Source: Nemertoderma westbladi (taxonomy: Eukaryota; Animalia; Xenacoelomorpha). From it: DNA of 64,000 nt. The stretch spans positions 62,001-126,000 of the forward strand of contig JAUCBJ010007785.1 in NCBI GenBank assembly GCA_032718475.1, read 5' to 3'. The notes under the pieces are model-generated. The model did not search any database, was not told where the DNA came from, and worked only from the letters and a program-made list of their open reading frames with translations. The position numbers and the translations under genes were made by a program. The stretch's first letter is position 1. Each line of letters begins with the position of its first letter. Below, piece after piece: positions 26,801 through 39,215 of this stretch.

Positions 26801-29800
26801 ACAGGACATTCATTGTGTGTGTATGTACGACACTATGTTCCAGGACATTGTGTGTGTATGTACGACACTATGTTCCAGGACATTGTGTGTGTATGTACGA
26901 CACTATGTTCCAGGACATTGTGTGTGTATGTACGACACTATGTTCCAGGACATTGTGTGTGTATGTATGACACTATGTTCCAGGACATTGTGTGTGTATG
27001 TATGACACTATGTTCCAGGACATTGTGTGTGTATGTATGACACTATGTTCCACAGGTTCATTGTGTGTGTATGTACGACACTATGTTCCACAGGACATTG
27101 TGTGTGTATGTATGACACTATGTTCCAGGACATTGTGTGTGTATGTACGACACTATGTTCCAGGACATTGTGTGTGTATGTATGACACTATGTTCCAGGA
27201 CATTGTGTGTGTATGTACGACACTATGTTCCAGGACATTGTGTGTGTATGTATGACACTATGTTCCAGGACATTGTGTGTGTATGTATGACACTATGTTC
27301 CAGGACATTGTGTGTGTATGTATGACACTATGTTCCACAGGTTCATTGTGTGTGTATGTACGACACTATGTTCCACAGGACATTGTGTGTGTATGTATGA
27401 CACTATGTTCCACAGGACATTCATTGTGTGTGTATGTACGACACTATGTTCCAGGACATTGTGTGTGTATGTACGACACTATGTTCCAGGACATTGTGTG
27501 TGTATGTACGACACTATTTTCCACAGGACATTGTGTGTGTATGTACGACACTATGTTCCAGGACATTGTGTGTGTATGTACGACACTATGTTCCAGGACA
27601 TTGTGTGTGTATGTATGACACTATGTTCCACCCGACATTGTGTGTGTATGTATGATACTATGTTCCACCCGACATTGTGTGTGTATGTATGACACTATGT
27701 TCCACCCGACATTGTGTGTGTATGTATGACACTATGTTCCAGGACATTGTGTGTGTATGTATGACACTATGTTCCAGGACATTGTGTGTGTATGTATGAC
27801 ACTATGTTCCACCCGACATTGTGTGTGTATGTATGACACTATGTTCCACCCGACATTGTGTGTGTATGTATGACACTATGTTCCACAGGACATTGTGTGT
27901 GTATGTACGACACTATGTTCCACAGGACATTGTGTGTGTATGTGCGACACTATGTTCCACAGGACATTGTGTGTGTATGTACGACACTATGTTCCACAGG
28001 TTCATTGTGTGTGTATGTATGACACTATGTTCCAGGACATTGTGTGTGTATGTATGACACTATGTTCCACAGGACATTGTGTGTGTATGTACGACACTAT
28101 GTTCCAGGACATTGTGTGTGTATGTATGACACTATGTTCCAGGACATTGTGTGTGTATGTATGACACTATGTTCCAGGACATTGTGTGTGTATGTATGAC
28201 ACTATGTTCCACAGGACATTGTGTGTGTATGTATGACACTATGTTCCAGGACATTGTGTGTGTATGTACGACACTATGTTCCAGGACATTGTGTGTGTAT
28301 GTATGACACTATGTTCCAGGACATTGTGTGTGTATGTATGACACTATGTTCCAGGACATTGTGTGTGTATGTACGACACTATGTTCCAGGACATTGTGTG
28401 TGTATGTATGACACTATGTTCCAGGACATTGTGTGTGTATGTATGACACTATGTTCCAGGACATTGTGTGTGTATGTACGACACTATGTTCCACAGGTTC
28501 ATTGTGTGTGTATGTATGACACTATGTTCCAGGACATTGTGTGTGTATGTATGACACTATGTTCCAGGACATTGTGTGTGTATGTATGACACTATGTTCC
28601 AGGACATTGTGTGTGTATGTATGACACTATGTTCCACAGGACATTGTGTGTGTATGTATGACACTATGTTCCAGGACATTGTGTGTGTATGTACGACACT
28701 ATGTTCCAGGACATTGTGTGTGTATGTATGACACTATGTTCCAGGACATTGTGTGTGTATGTATGACACTATGTTCCAGGACATTGTGTGTGTATGTATG
28801 ACACTATGTTCCACAGGTTCATTGTGTGTGTATGTATGACACTATGTTCCAGGACATTGTGTGTGTATGTACGACACTATGTTCCAGGACATTGTGTGTG
28901 TATGTACGACACTATGTTCCAGGACATTCATTGTGTGTGTATGTATGACACTATGTTCCAGGACATTGTGTGTGTATGTATGACACTATGTTCCAGGACA
29001 TTGTGTGTGTATGTATGACACTATGTTCCACAGGTTCATTGTGTGTGTATGTATGACACTATGTTCCACAGGTTCATTGTGTGTGTATGTATGACACTAT
29101 GTTCCAGGACATTGTGTGTGTATGTACGACACTATGTTCCAGGACATTGTGTGTGTATGTACGACACTATGTTCCAGGACATTCATTGTGTGTGTATGTA
29201 TGACACTATGTTCCAGGACATTGTGTGTGTATGTATGACACTATGTTCCAGGACATTGTGTGTGTATGTATGACACTATGTTCCACAGGACATTGTGTGT
29301 GTATGTATGACACTATGTTCCAGGACATTGTGTGTGTATGTATGACACTATGTTCCAGGATTCATTGTGTGTGTATGTATGACACTATGTTCCAGGACAT
29401 TGTGTGTGTATGTATGACACTATGTTCCAGGACATTGTGTGTGTATGTATGACACTATGTTCCAGGATTCATTGTGTGTGTATGTATGACACTATGTTCC
29501 AGGACATTGTGTGTGTATGTATGACACTATGTTCCAGGACATTGTGTGTGTATGTATGACACTATGTTCCAGGACATTGTGTGTGTATGTATGACACTAT
29601 GTTCCAGGACATTGTGTGTGTATGTATGACACTATGTTCCAGGATTCATTGTGTGTGTATGTATGACACTATGTTCCAGGACATTGTGTGTGTATGTACG
29701 ACACTATGTTCCAGGACATTCATTGTGTGTGTATGTATGACACTATGTTCCAGGACATTGTGTGTGTATGTATGACACTATGTTCCAGGACATTGTGTGT

Positions 29801-32574
29801 GTATGTATGACACTATGTTCCACAGGACATTGTGTGTGTATGTATGACACTATGTTCCAGGACATTGTGTGTGTATGTATGACACTATGTTCCACAGGAC
29901 ATTGTGTGTGTATGTATGACACTATGTTCCAGGACATTGTGTGTGTATGTATGACACTATGTTCCACAGGACATTGTGTGTGTATGTATGACACTATGTT
30001 CCAGGACATTGTGTGTGTATGTATGACACTATGTTCCAGGACATTGTGTGTGTATGTATGACACTATGTTCCACAGGTTCATTGTGTGTGTATGTATGAC
30101 ACTATGTTCCAGGACATTGTGTGTGTATGTACGACACTATGTTCCAGGACATTGTGTGTGTATGTACGACACTATGTTCCAGGACATTCATTGTGTGTGT
30201 ATGTATGACACTATGTTCCAGGACATTGTGTGTGTATGTATGACACTATGTTCCAGGACATTGTGTGTGTATGTATGACACTATGTTCCACAGGTTCATT
30301 GTGTGTGTATGTATGACACTATGTTCCACAGGTTCATTGTGTGTGTATGTATGACACTATGTTCCAGGACATTGTGTGTGTATGTACGACACTATGTTCC
30401 AGGACATTGTGTGTGTATGTACGACACTATGTTCCAGGACATTCATTGTGTGTGTATGTATGACACTATGTTCCAGGACATTGTGTGTGTATGTATGACA
30501 CTATGTTCCAGGACATTGTGTGTGTATGTATGACACTATGTTCCACAGGACATTGTGTGTGTATGTATGACACTATGTTCCAGGACATTGTGTGTGTATG
30601 TATGACACTATGTTCCACAGGACATTGTGTGTGTATGTACGACACTATGTTCCAGGACATTGTGTGTGTATGTACGACACTATGTTCCAGGACATTGTGT
30701 GTGTATGTATGACACTATGTTCCAGGACATTGTGTGTGTATGTATGCCACTATGTTCCAGGACATTGTGTGTGTATGTATGACACTATGTTCCAGGACAT
30801 TGTGTGTGTATGTATGACACTATGTTCCAGGACATTGTGTGTGTATGTATGACACTATGTTCCAGGACATTGTGTGTGTATGTATGACACTATGTTCCAC
30901 AGGACATTGTGTGTGTATGTACGACACTATGTTCCAGGACATTGTGTGTGTATGTACGACACTATGTTCCAGGACATTGTGTGTGTATGTATGACACTAT
31001 GTTCCAGGACATTGTGTGTGTATGTATGACACTATGTTCCAGGACATTGTGTGTGTATGTATGACACTATGTTCCAGGACATTGTGTGTGTATGTATGAC
31101 ACTATGTTCCAGGACATTGTGTGTGTATGTATGACACTATGTTCCAGGACATTGTGTGTGTATGTATGACACTATGTTCCAGGACATTGTGTGTGTATGT
31201 ATGACACTATGTTCCAGGACATTGTGTGTGTATGTATGACACTATGTTCCACAGGTTCATTGTGTGTGTATGTATGACACTATGTTCCACAGGACATTGT
31301 GTGTGTATGTACGACACTATGTTCCAGGACATTGTGTGTGTATGTACGACACTATGTTCCAGGACATTGTGTGTGTATGTATGACACTATGTTCCAGGAC
31401 ATTGTGTGTGTATGTATGACACTATGTTCCAGGACATTGTGTGTGTATGTATGACACTATGTTCCAGGACATTGTGTGTGTATGTACGACACTATGTTCC
31501 ACAGGACATTGTGTGTGTATGTATGACACTATGTTCCACAGGTTCATTGTGTGTGTATGTATGACACTATGTTCCACAGGACATTGTGTGTGTATGTACG
31601 ACACTATGTTCCAGGACATTGTGTGTGTATGTACGACACTATGTTCCAGGACATTGTGTGTGTATGTATGACACTATGTTCCAGGACATTGTGTGTGTAT
31701 GTATGACACTATGTTCCAGGACATTGTGTGTGTATGTATGACACTATGTTCCAGGACATTGTGTGTGTATGTATGACACTATGTTCCAGGACATTGTGTG
31801 TGTATGTATGACACTATGTTCCAGGACATTGTGTGTGTATGTACGACACTATGTTCCACAGGACATTGTGTGTGTATGTATGACACTATGTTCCACAGGA
31901 CATTGTGTGTGTATGTATGACACTATGTTCCACAGGTTCATTGTGTGTGTATGTACGACACTATGTTCCAGGACATTGTGTGTGTATGTATGACACTATG
32001 TTCCAGGACATTGTGTGTGTATGTACGACACTATGTTCCAGGACATTGTGTGTGTATGTATGACACTATGTTCCAGGACATTGTGTGTGTATGTATGACA
32101 CTATGTTCCAGGACATTGTGTATGTATGTATGACACTATGTTCCAGGACATTGTGTGTGTATGTACGACACTATGTTCCAGGACATTGTGTGTGTATGTA
32201 CGACACTATGTTCCAGGACATTGTGTGTGTATGTATGACACTATGTTCCACACGTTCATTGTGTGTGTATGTATGACACTATGTTCCAGGACATTGTGTG
32301 TGTATGTATGACACTATGTTCCAGGACATTGTGTATGTATGTATGACACTATGTTCCAGGACATTGTGTGTGTATGTACGACACTATGTTCCAGGACATT
32401 GTGTGTGTATGTACGACACTATGTTCCAGGACATTGTGTGTGTATGTATGACACTATGTTCCAGGACATTGTGTGTGTATGTACGACACTATGTTCCAGG
32501 ACATTGTGTGTGTATGTGCGACACTATGTTCCAGGACATTGTGTGTGTGTATGTACTTCTGTAGTGTATATTAC

Positions 32575-32722
32575 TTCTTTGGTATTAATTCATGTTCCAT
32601 GGTTTCATCATAATGCATCGAACGTCTTAGATTTGTTGGTGATCTCGTGTCCAGGTTCTTAAAGACAACCGATGGTGAATGCAATGTGGATTCCTTCTTA
32701 GTCGCCATTGGTAGAGCTATCT
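32575..32722 (-). CDS. Internal GPCR exon (148 bp, ICL3): IALPMATKKESTLHSPSVVFKNLDTRSPTNLRRSMHYDETMEHELIPK
   Basis: Acceptor tgttttag, donor AA|gtaata, open frame, phase 1 in and phase 2 out, matching both neighbouring exons. Confidence 0.7.
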
Positions 32723-33146
32723 CTAAAACAGTCAATTAATGTTTTATTAAGTAGGGGAGAACAGGGAGGGTTGAACCGTGAGGAGGGGTGAATCAGTGAA
32801 ATTTAAAGGAGAACGCTTGGGTTTGGCGTTTCCATGGATACACCATTAGATAGACAATTAAAAACTGCACCTACTGTTGTTGTATTTAGTACAACTCTAG
32901 CCTACATTCTTGCTATGAAGGAAAGTATGCTTTTCCCACCTGTCTTCTAGAACTGATACCTCTCTGTTTTGGATAAATGTAATACTTTTCTGGTGGAGAA
33001 ATTATTCCGCTTCAAAATTAGGTATGGATGATTACGTCACTACTGGTCTGCACTTTTCGTAGACAATGCATTTTTGTAAAAATGGAGTAGTGTGGGGGCT
33101 TGAATCAATGGAAGTGTAATAGGGTTGAACCACATCGGATGGATGG

Positions 33147-35241
33147 TGTTACGGTATATGGCGCTGTATCCACATTATTAGCCATTATGCAGTATAATAT
33201 ATTAGTCCGTTATACTGTACACAATATTAGTCCGTTATACTGTATGTAATATTAGTCCGTTGTGCAGCATAATATTTTAGATAAGGCATAATAACGCAGT
33301 AGTATTTAGATAGGGAAATCGAAACACCCATATATTTGAATCCATCCATTTTGTATAGTATGTAGCCCTACCTACGTAATTTTGTATTAGGATATATGTA
33401 GATAGTTCCAGGGTAGCGAGTTTATTCGGACCCTGGATTTTGTGCTTGCTGATATTAGCATCGATAGGGCTAGCATATAGGGACGCTGTCCTGGCCACTC
33501 AGCAGCCAGGGACGTGAACCATTACCATATATGGTAATAATTTGAGGTTTGGGCAGGCAATAGGGCTACAATCCGGCCTCCTTATTGGACTAACTGCTTC
33601 CAGGTTGGTCTAATGCTAGCACGGACTGGAGAGCCAATAGGAGAGCGATTGAGTCACCCTATTGCATCACCCCATCCGGATCACCTATAAATTGGTGGTG
33701 TGCCGGTAGAGCCTTACTGTGTACCATGACACCTCACATGATCTGCTATCACCCTTGTACTTGCTGAGCTGTCTATATTCATTTTACGGATATTTTAGCG
33801 TATTTCTGCAATTTGCTATTTTCAATTAATTTCTCAAAATGCTTTGCTAGTGCGATTACTCTTGATTGTGTTTCTCAATTAATTCCTTCGATTACTGCAA
33901 ATTACAACTGGAACTATGATTTCTACCTTTTGATTAATGGTTCTATGTGATTCCTTTCTGCGCAATAATCCTAAGGGATTTCTGAGACTGTCAGACTTTG
34001 TGATTTGCATGCGCCGCTACGGTAGCTATTAGCATAATGGAGGGCTAAGGCGCCAGTGGGCGGTGGGCACATCGGGGGGTTAGCGACGAAGGGAGCGGAG
34101 GATTCAAAGGCGAGCAACGCTGGCGGGGGGTCACCGTTGCGGTCGGGCAATTTGCATTGTAGCGTGGGGGCAGCTCGCTGGTACAGTAATTAGGGGGCTG
34201 ATGATCCAGGTTTTGTCTCTATTTAGTATTAGGGGGGCAGGAATTGGGTTAGTTAGGAAGCCTAGATGTACCCGGGAGAGGTCTGCGTGCTTTACAATTG
34301 CGAATTGCATGTATTGCGAATTATTATATTGTGCTGTGTAATTGCTAATTGCGTGCATTGCGGATTGTACAATTGTGAATCGCGCATTGCGAGCTGTGAT
34401 TGCTGACGCTGATTGGTGTGTTACTAAAGTGTGCCTAAGATTACGAATGCTTAGATAGGCGCTCTTTTCCCTTTGATTGATTTCTATCTCTTAGTTTACT
34501 GTAAATAATTACTGATTAGGTCAAAGTAATACAGTATTTTAGGCTGTTACATATTTGTGACTGTAATTAATTAGTAAAATTAAGAATTAGTACGCAGCAT
34601 AGCGGAGAGTAGCTAAGGTAATAATTAGAGTACCGTAAACTATTCACGCTGAGCGGTTATTTGAATTAGCGGGCAATAAGCTAGATAGCAGTATTCAGTA
34701 CGCAAAACGCATTAGTAATTTGCTGGCCTAAAGCCAGCCGCAGACAAGTTTAGTCCCACTATAGGTATTAGCCCTAATAAACACTGTACCACTTTGATTA
34801 TTTTAAATATTCTCGCATTCACACATTCCGTTAGGGAACCCCCAGTATTCGCGATTAGAAAAGACGTAGGCATTGGCGTACTTTAACAGTAAGATTAGGC
34901 GTAAGAATATACTCTGAGTGTAAAACCTCTCACACTCGTTTTAAGTCAGCTTAGGGAGCCGATTCGGGTTTGTTGTTTTGGTTATTCCCGCGTGGCTCAT
35001 ATATTCGAACAGTTAGCTCTCTATCGAGTAATTGGTAGAGAAAGGAACAAGAAATTAGCAGGAGCCGTAGAAAATTAGTAAAACATATTAGCGGACGGCA
35101 GGTTAGCGCCATCTAACGGTAAGTAGCGGTTTTGTATTTAGCAGCCCCTCACATTAGCAATAATACGCTCCTGATTGCCCTGTCTAATAAATAGAGCAGT
35201 TTTGTGTCTTTATTGGTTAGGCCGGGGTAGTTTGTTTAACA
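33147..35241 (+). repeat. 5' LTR (2095 bp)
   Basis: Direct repeat of 47334-49428 at offset 14187; six substitutions noticed by eye. Confidence 0.97.
33634..33720 (+). promoter_or_regulatory. Candidate LTR promoter
   Basis: CCAAT at 33634, TATAAA at 33686, initiator-like TTACT about 28 nt downstream; AATAAA at 34776 and 35186. Motif inspection only. Confidence 0.4.
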
Positions 35242-36341
35242 GTAAAGCACGTGATTTGCTTGCTGTACTGCGTACAGTAAATACAAATTAGATTACTGTA
35301 TTAGGCACTGTACTGCGTATAGTAGGACAGAGAGTGTATTTTTAGGCTAGTTTAGATTACTGTATTCACTGGTTGCGTACGATAGTACAGTAGTACATTA
35401 GGCTGATTGCTGTTACTGTGTACGGTAGAAGGACATTTGTTTGCCGTACCACACACACAGTATCAATTAGGCTGTTAGGTTGGTGTACTGTTTTACTTAC
35501 TGTACTGCATACAGTGGATGTACGGTAGTGCGTTTTTACTAATTGCGAATACAGCAGTTCCTTAGGCCTTAGGGCAAATTGTAATTAGTAAGTTTTTTGA
35601 AATTTTAGCTAGGTTTGCGAGAATTCAGTTTTTGTACCGGTATGTTAGGTAACCGCTTAGTTATTTTATACCATCTGGAGATACATGGCAAGACGGAACT
35701 TCTGAGTTTGGGGTTCGTGTGGGTCTGCGGGTTCGGTTTGCAATCAGCGAAGGGCCTGAATCTTTGGACGCGGACGTGGAATCTCACAGCAAACAAGGTT
35801 AGTTGTTCTGTTGGCACCATAGTGTTTGTGGAAGCAGTAAAAAATTATCGGTTGTTTAACTGCGAAGCTGAACTCAATTTATTAGTTAGGATATTTAGGT
35901 TTAGCCGGCCATGGTTTTTTGAATCGCTCAAGTTAGAGAGAGAGTTGGAGAGAGTCGCAACCCGAAGATGTAGCCACGCGCTAGTGGATACATATAATAT
36001 TTGAAATTAAAATTACGTTGATTAGAGCTATATAAAATTATAAATATTTGGGTGGCAAATTTATTCTGAATATTTTGTATTAGATTCAAGGTTATTTTGT
36101 GCTATACCGGTATTTAATACTATATAGTAGCTATATAATAATATTTTTGTTTAAATATTGTGCTAGTATTTGCTATAACTATATACCTTATTAAATTCAC
36201 AATATTGCATTGCGAATTTATTTTGACATTTTGGACCAACTGATTATTTGACAAATAATTTGACCGTATTTCGGTTAAATTATAATTATATCTCGAAATT
36301 TTGCGAGATATTTTTGCCGGAAGGCAAACATTATTTAGACT

Positions 36342-39215
36342 ATGAGTGTCTCAGACAAGGAGGCACTAGAGGACAGCTATGAGACGGCGGCTGGACCGCC
36401 GACTGACGATAGCGTAAATATTACTGTTGACGACAATGCCGACTATGACGACGCAGCGAGCGACGCTGACGTAAGTGAACAGGAGGATGAGACAGTGACC
36501 AGTGAGGAAGAACAGCAGCCTCAGGTAATAGTATTAGGATCCCCTACCGCTACTGTAAGGAAGGATTGTACAGCAACCCGGACAGAGGTGAGTGATAGGG
36601 AGGGTAGTGTAGCAGAAGCGAGAGCCCGGAGCCCGGTTTCCAGACCTGTGGGTATGGTAAGTGCCGTGGTCCCGACGGCTGTTAGAAGTACCCGTAGTTC
36701 CCGAAATAATCCTTCAAGTCCACCAAGTGTGAGTCAGGTAAGCGAGAGAGAACTTGATATCGCGATAAAGAAGAAACTTCGCGCGCATGCCGGACATATA
36801 ACCCGGACGGCGGACAAGGTAAGGAAAATGTTAGCCGACTCAGCGAACATCGGGAGGGTAGAGTTAGTAGAGATTAGAAGAGGATATAACTCAGCGTTAT
36901 TCAAGCAGACGGAGGAGCTTGCAGTCCTAGCGAAGAAGGCAGTAGAGTCTCAGTCGAGCGACGTGGCGACGAGGATTTACGACAGGGTTTTAGCAGCCTT
37001 GTTGGAGCACCGCGAGTTATCGGAGCGATTCCGACGAATTAGGACGGAGAACTGGCTGCTATGGGCATCACATGCGCAGGCGACTCAGGTGAGTGACGCA
37101 GAGTTGAGAGACTTAGTGGAGCGAGAAGAGATCCAGGATAAAGAGGAGCGCCGTTATCAGAGGGAAGTTACTAGCTGGCTGATGCAGAATGGAGTGGTGG
37201 TACCGGGTCAGGTGCTACCGACGACGGAGAACATTCAACAGAGGACGTTGACTCCACCCGACGACGCATCCAGAGACAGCGGCGATTCCCAGGTTAGTCA
37301 CGCGCGAGGTAAGGTTATATGTGCTAGATCCCTTGTTTCGCACAACTCGGCGGAGGAGAGAAGACGCCGACTAGACGAACAGCAGGCGGAAGTTTTGCGT
37401 GCATCAGAAGCACGGAAGGAAGCCGAGCGGGAACGCGAGCGCACACGTAAGTTAGACGCAAAGTTGCGAGAGTTGGAAGAGAAAGGTAAGCGTGAACAAG
37501 CGGAACGCGAACAGGAAGAACGCGAACTCCAACTCCAACGCGAACGCGAAGAACGCGAACTCCAACTCCAACGCGAAGAACGCGAACTCCAACTCCAACG
37601 CGAAGAACGCGAACTCCAACTCGAACGCGAGCGCAAGGAGCGCGAACTTGAGCGCGAGAGGGAGCGACGGGCGTTGTATGAAGAGAAGGCGCGTGTGGAA
37701 GAAGAGGGCGCAGCGAGACGAGCAAGGGAGGAAGAAGAACGTAAACTGGCGCAGTTGGAAAGTGCGAGATTAAGTTTAGAGAGCGAAGAACGGACTAGGA
37801 AGGCGAACGAAATCGCCGAGAAGGGGATGCGAATGATCGAAGAATGTGGGGCGAGTGTAGGGACTGAGTTGCGAGAACTGTTCGCACTGCAGAAGGCCGA
37901 ACAGGAAGCGAGAACTCCGACTATACGCGAGTCGACGACGACCAGAATTCCTATACCCGGTCCAGCTATTACGAGTACACGGATCGCTAAACCGTTCTCT
38001 ACATATCGCACGCCAGTTGGTATTAGTGCTTCACCTATCGCGCAGAATCCACGGCATCAGAACATCGCACCACTACACACCGAACACGACGATGAAGAGT
38101 TTAGAGAAACTCCGACGGGACGAGTATTGGGCGAACCGAACCCGCGGGTTTGGAATACGCGGACGGAGCGCCGACCCAGTTCGACGGAGAACTTCCGGGT
38201 TAAACCGGAAGAGGGATCATATGAGAGACAGCGGATTACTCAGATAGAGCCGACTATACAACAGAACCCTAGCCAGGAATTTATTACGAGGGATGAGTTA
38301 AGTGCTAGTTTAGCGCAAGCTATATCGCCGCACATCCAACCTATAACAGACATGCTTAGCAACCTACGGTTAAAGGAAGCAGCCCAGGTAAGAAGTAATT
38401 CTAATCCCAGCAGGCCTGAGTTAGATAAAGTCCAGCCTAGTCAACGAGTACGCATATCGGAGGAGACTATACCACATAGACCTCAGGTAAGGACGCCTGT
38501 CCCGAATATTCATAATCCCAACTTCGAAAATTCGGCCGAGAAATTTATACAAGATGCTTGGGTCAGGGCCTCGGCGCGCAAACCATCGCGAGCGCTAAGG
38601 ACTGACACCGAGTCAAGCGATGAAGAGGAAGAAATGAGACGTCAGAAGTCCCGAAACTATAAGGAAAGAAGGACCGACGCGGAGCAGGTAAGTTGGAACC
38701 ACCGGGAAAGGACCAGACTTAATAACCCTGCAGAACTAAACCATTTGTTAACCCGGAACGACGCAACCCTTAGGGACATAGGTAAGTTTGCTGCTAGGCA
38801 AGGACTGCCGACGCAACAACCCCAGAAGTTTATGGGCAACCATAAGCATTGGAGGACCTTCAAAACCTATGTCGACGAGCAGCTAACCAACAGCACCTTT
38901 ACTCCCAACGAGAAGTTCAACTATTTGCTTCAGATGCTCCATCGAGAACCTAGAGCCATTGCGGATAACTTCGTCGGCAATGAAAGAGCATTCGAGTTAG
39001 CGATGAAGACGCTTAGTGACATCTACGGGAATAAAACCAAGATGGCGCAGTCGATAGTAGAAGACTTGGGTAAGGGCGGAAGGATTACAACTCCGTTAGA
39101 GCTGTTGAACTTAGCGAACGCTATTTCGAACGCATTGGACATCTTGAGGACGGTGAATCTACCTCATCATGGTAATAAGACGTCTAAACATGCGTTACCG
39201 ACAGAAATGGCGTAA
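36342..39215 (+). CDS. gag: BEL/Pao Gag N-terminal part (957 aa; coiled coil and start of capsid-like DUF1759-type region)
   Basis: Long ORF with EERELQLQR repeats and KFMGNHKHWRTFK...EKFNYLLQML...LSDIYG, typical of BEL/Pao gag. Confidence 0.88.
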   Translation: MSVSDKEALEDSYETAAGPPTDDSVNITVDDNADYDDAASDADVSEQEDETVTSEEEQQPQVIVLGSPTATVRKDCTATRTEVSDREGSVAEARARSPVSRPVGMVSAVVPTAVRSTRSSRNNPSSPPSVSQVSERELDIAIKKKLRAHAGHITRTADKVRKMLADSANIGRVELVEIRRGYNSALFKQTEELAVLAKKAVESQSSDVATRIYDRVLAALLEHRELSERFRRIRTENWLLWASHAQATQVSDAELRDLVEREEIQDKEERRYQREVTSWLMQNGVVVPGQVLPTTENIQQRTLTPPDDASRDSGDSQVSHARGKVICARSLVSHNSAEERRRRLDEQQAEVLRASEARKEAERERERTRKLDAKLRELEEKGKREQAEREQEERELQLQREREERELQLQREERELQLQREERELQLERERKERELERERERRALYEEKARVEEEGAARRAREEEERKLAQLESARLSLESEERTRKANEIAEKGMRMIEECGASVGTELRELFALQKAEQEARTPTIRESTTTRIPIPGPAITSTRIAKPFSTYRTPVGISASPIAQNPRHQNIAPLHTEHDDEEFRETPTGRVLGEPNPRVWNTRTERRPSSTENFRVKPEEGSYERQRITQIEPTIQQNPSQEFITRDELSASLAQAISPHIQPITDMLSNLRLKEAAQVRSNSNPSRPELDKVQPSQRVRISEETIPHRPQVRTPVPNIHNPNFENSAEKFIQDAWVRASARKPSRALRTDTESSDEEEEMRRQKSRNYKERRTDAEQVSWNHRERTRLNNPAELNHLLTRNDATLRDIGKFAARQGLPTQQPQKFMGNHKHWRTFKTYVDEQLTNSTFTPNEKFNYLLQMLHREPRAIADNFVGNERAFELAMKTLSDIYGNKTKMAQSIVEDLGKGGRITTPLELLNLANAISNALDILRTVNLPHHGNKTSKHALPTEMA

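Larger units (their letters stand above)
6224..32556 (+). repeat. Satellite 1: ~26-kb tandem array, 35-bp unit ATGACACTATGTTCCAGGACATTGTGTGTGTATGT with 37-39-bp variants (roughly 700 units)
   Basis: Continuous tandem repeat with a degenerate left edge (6224-6251), interrupted once at 22713-23863. Confidence 0.98.

Noticed and set aside
6252-32556. CRISPR-like array (palindromic repeat of ~35 bp)
   Set aside because: No unique spacers, no cas genes, eukaryotic context.
6277-32662. Dozens of Cys-rich ORFs (MCMYDTMFQDIV...)
   Set aside because: They are translations of the 35-bp satellite cycling through frames, not genes.
33277-36004. Short ORFs in the LTR and leader (duplicated in the 3' LTR)
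   Set aside because: Short, mostly non-ATG starts, no recognisable motifs.
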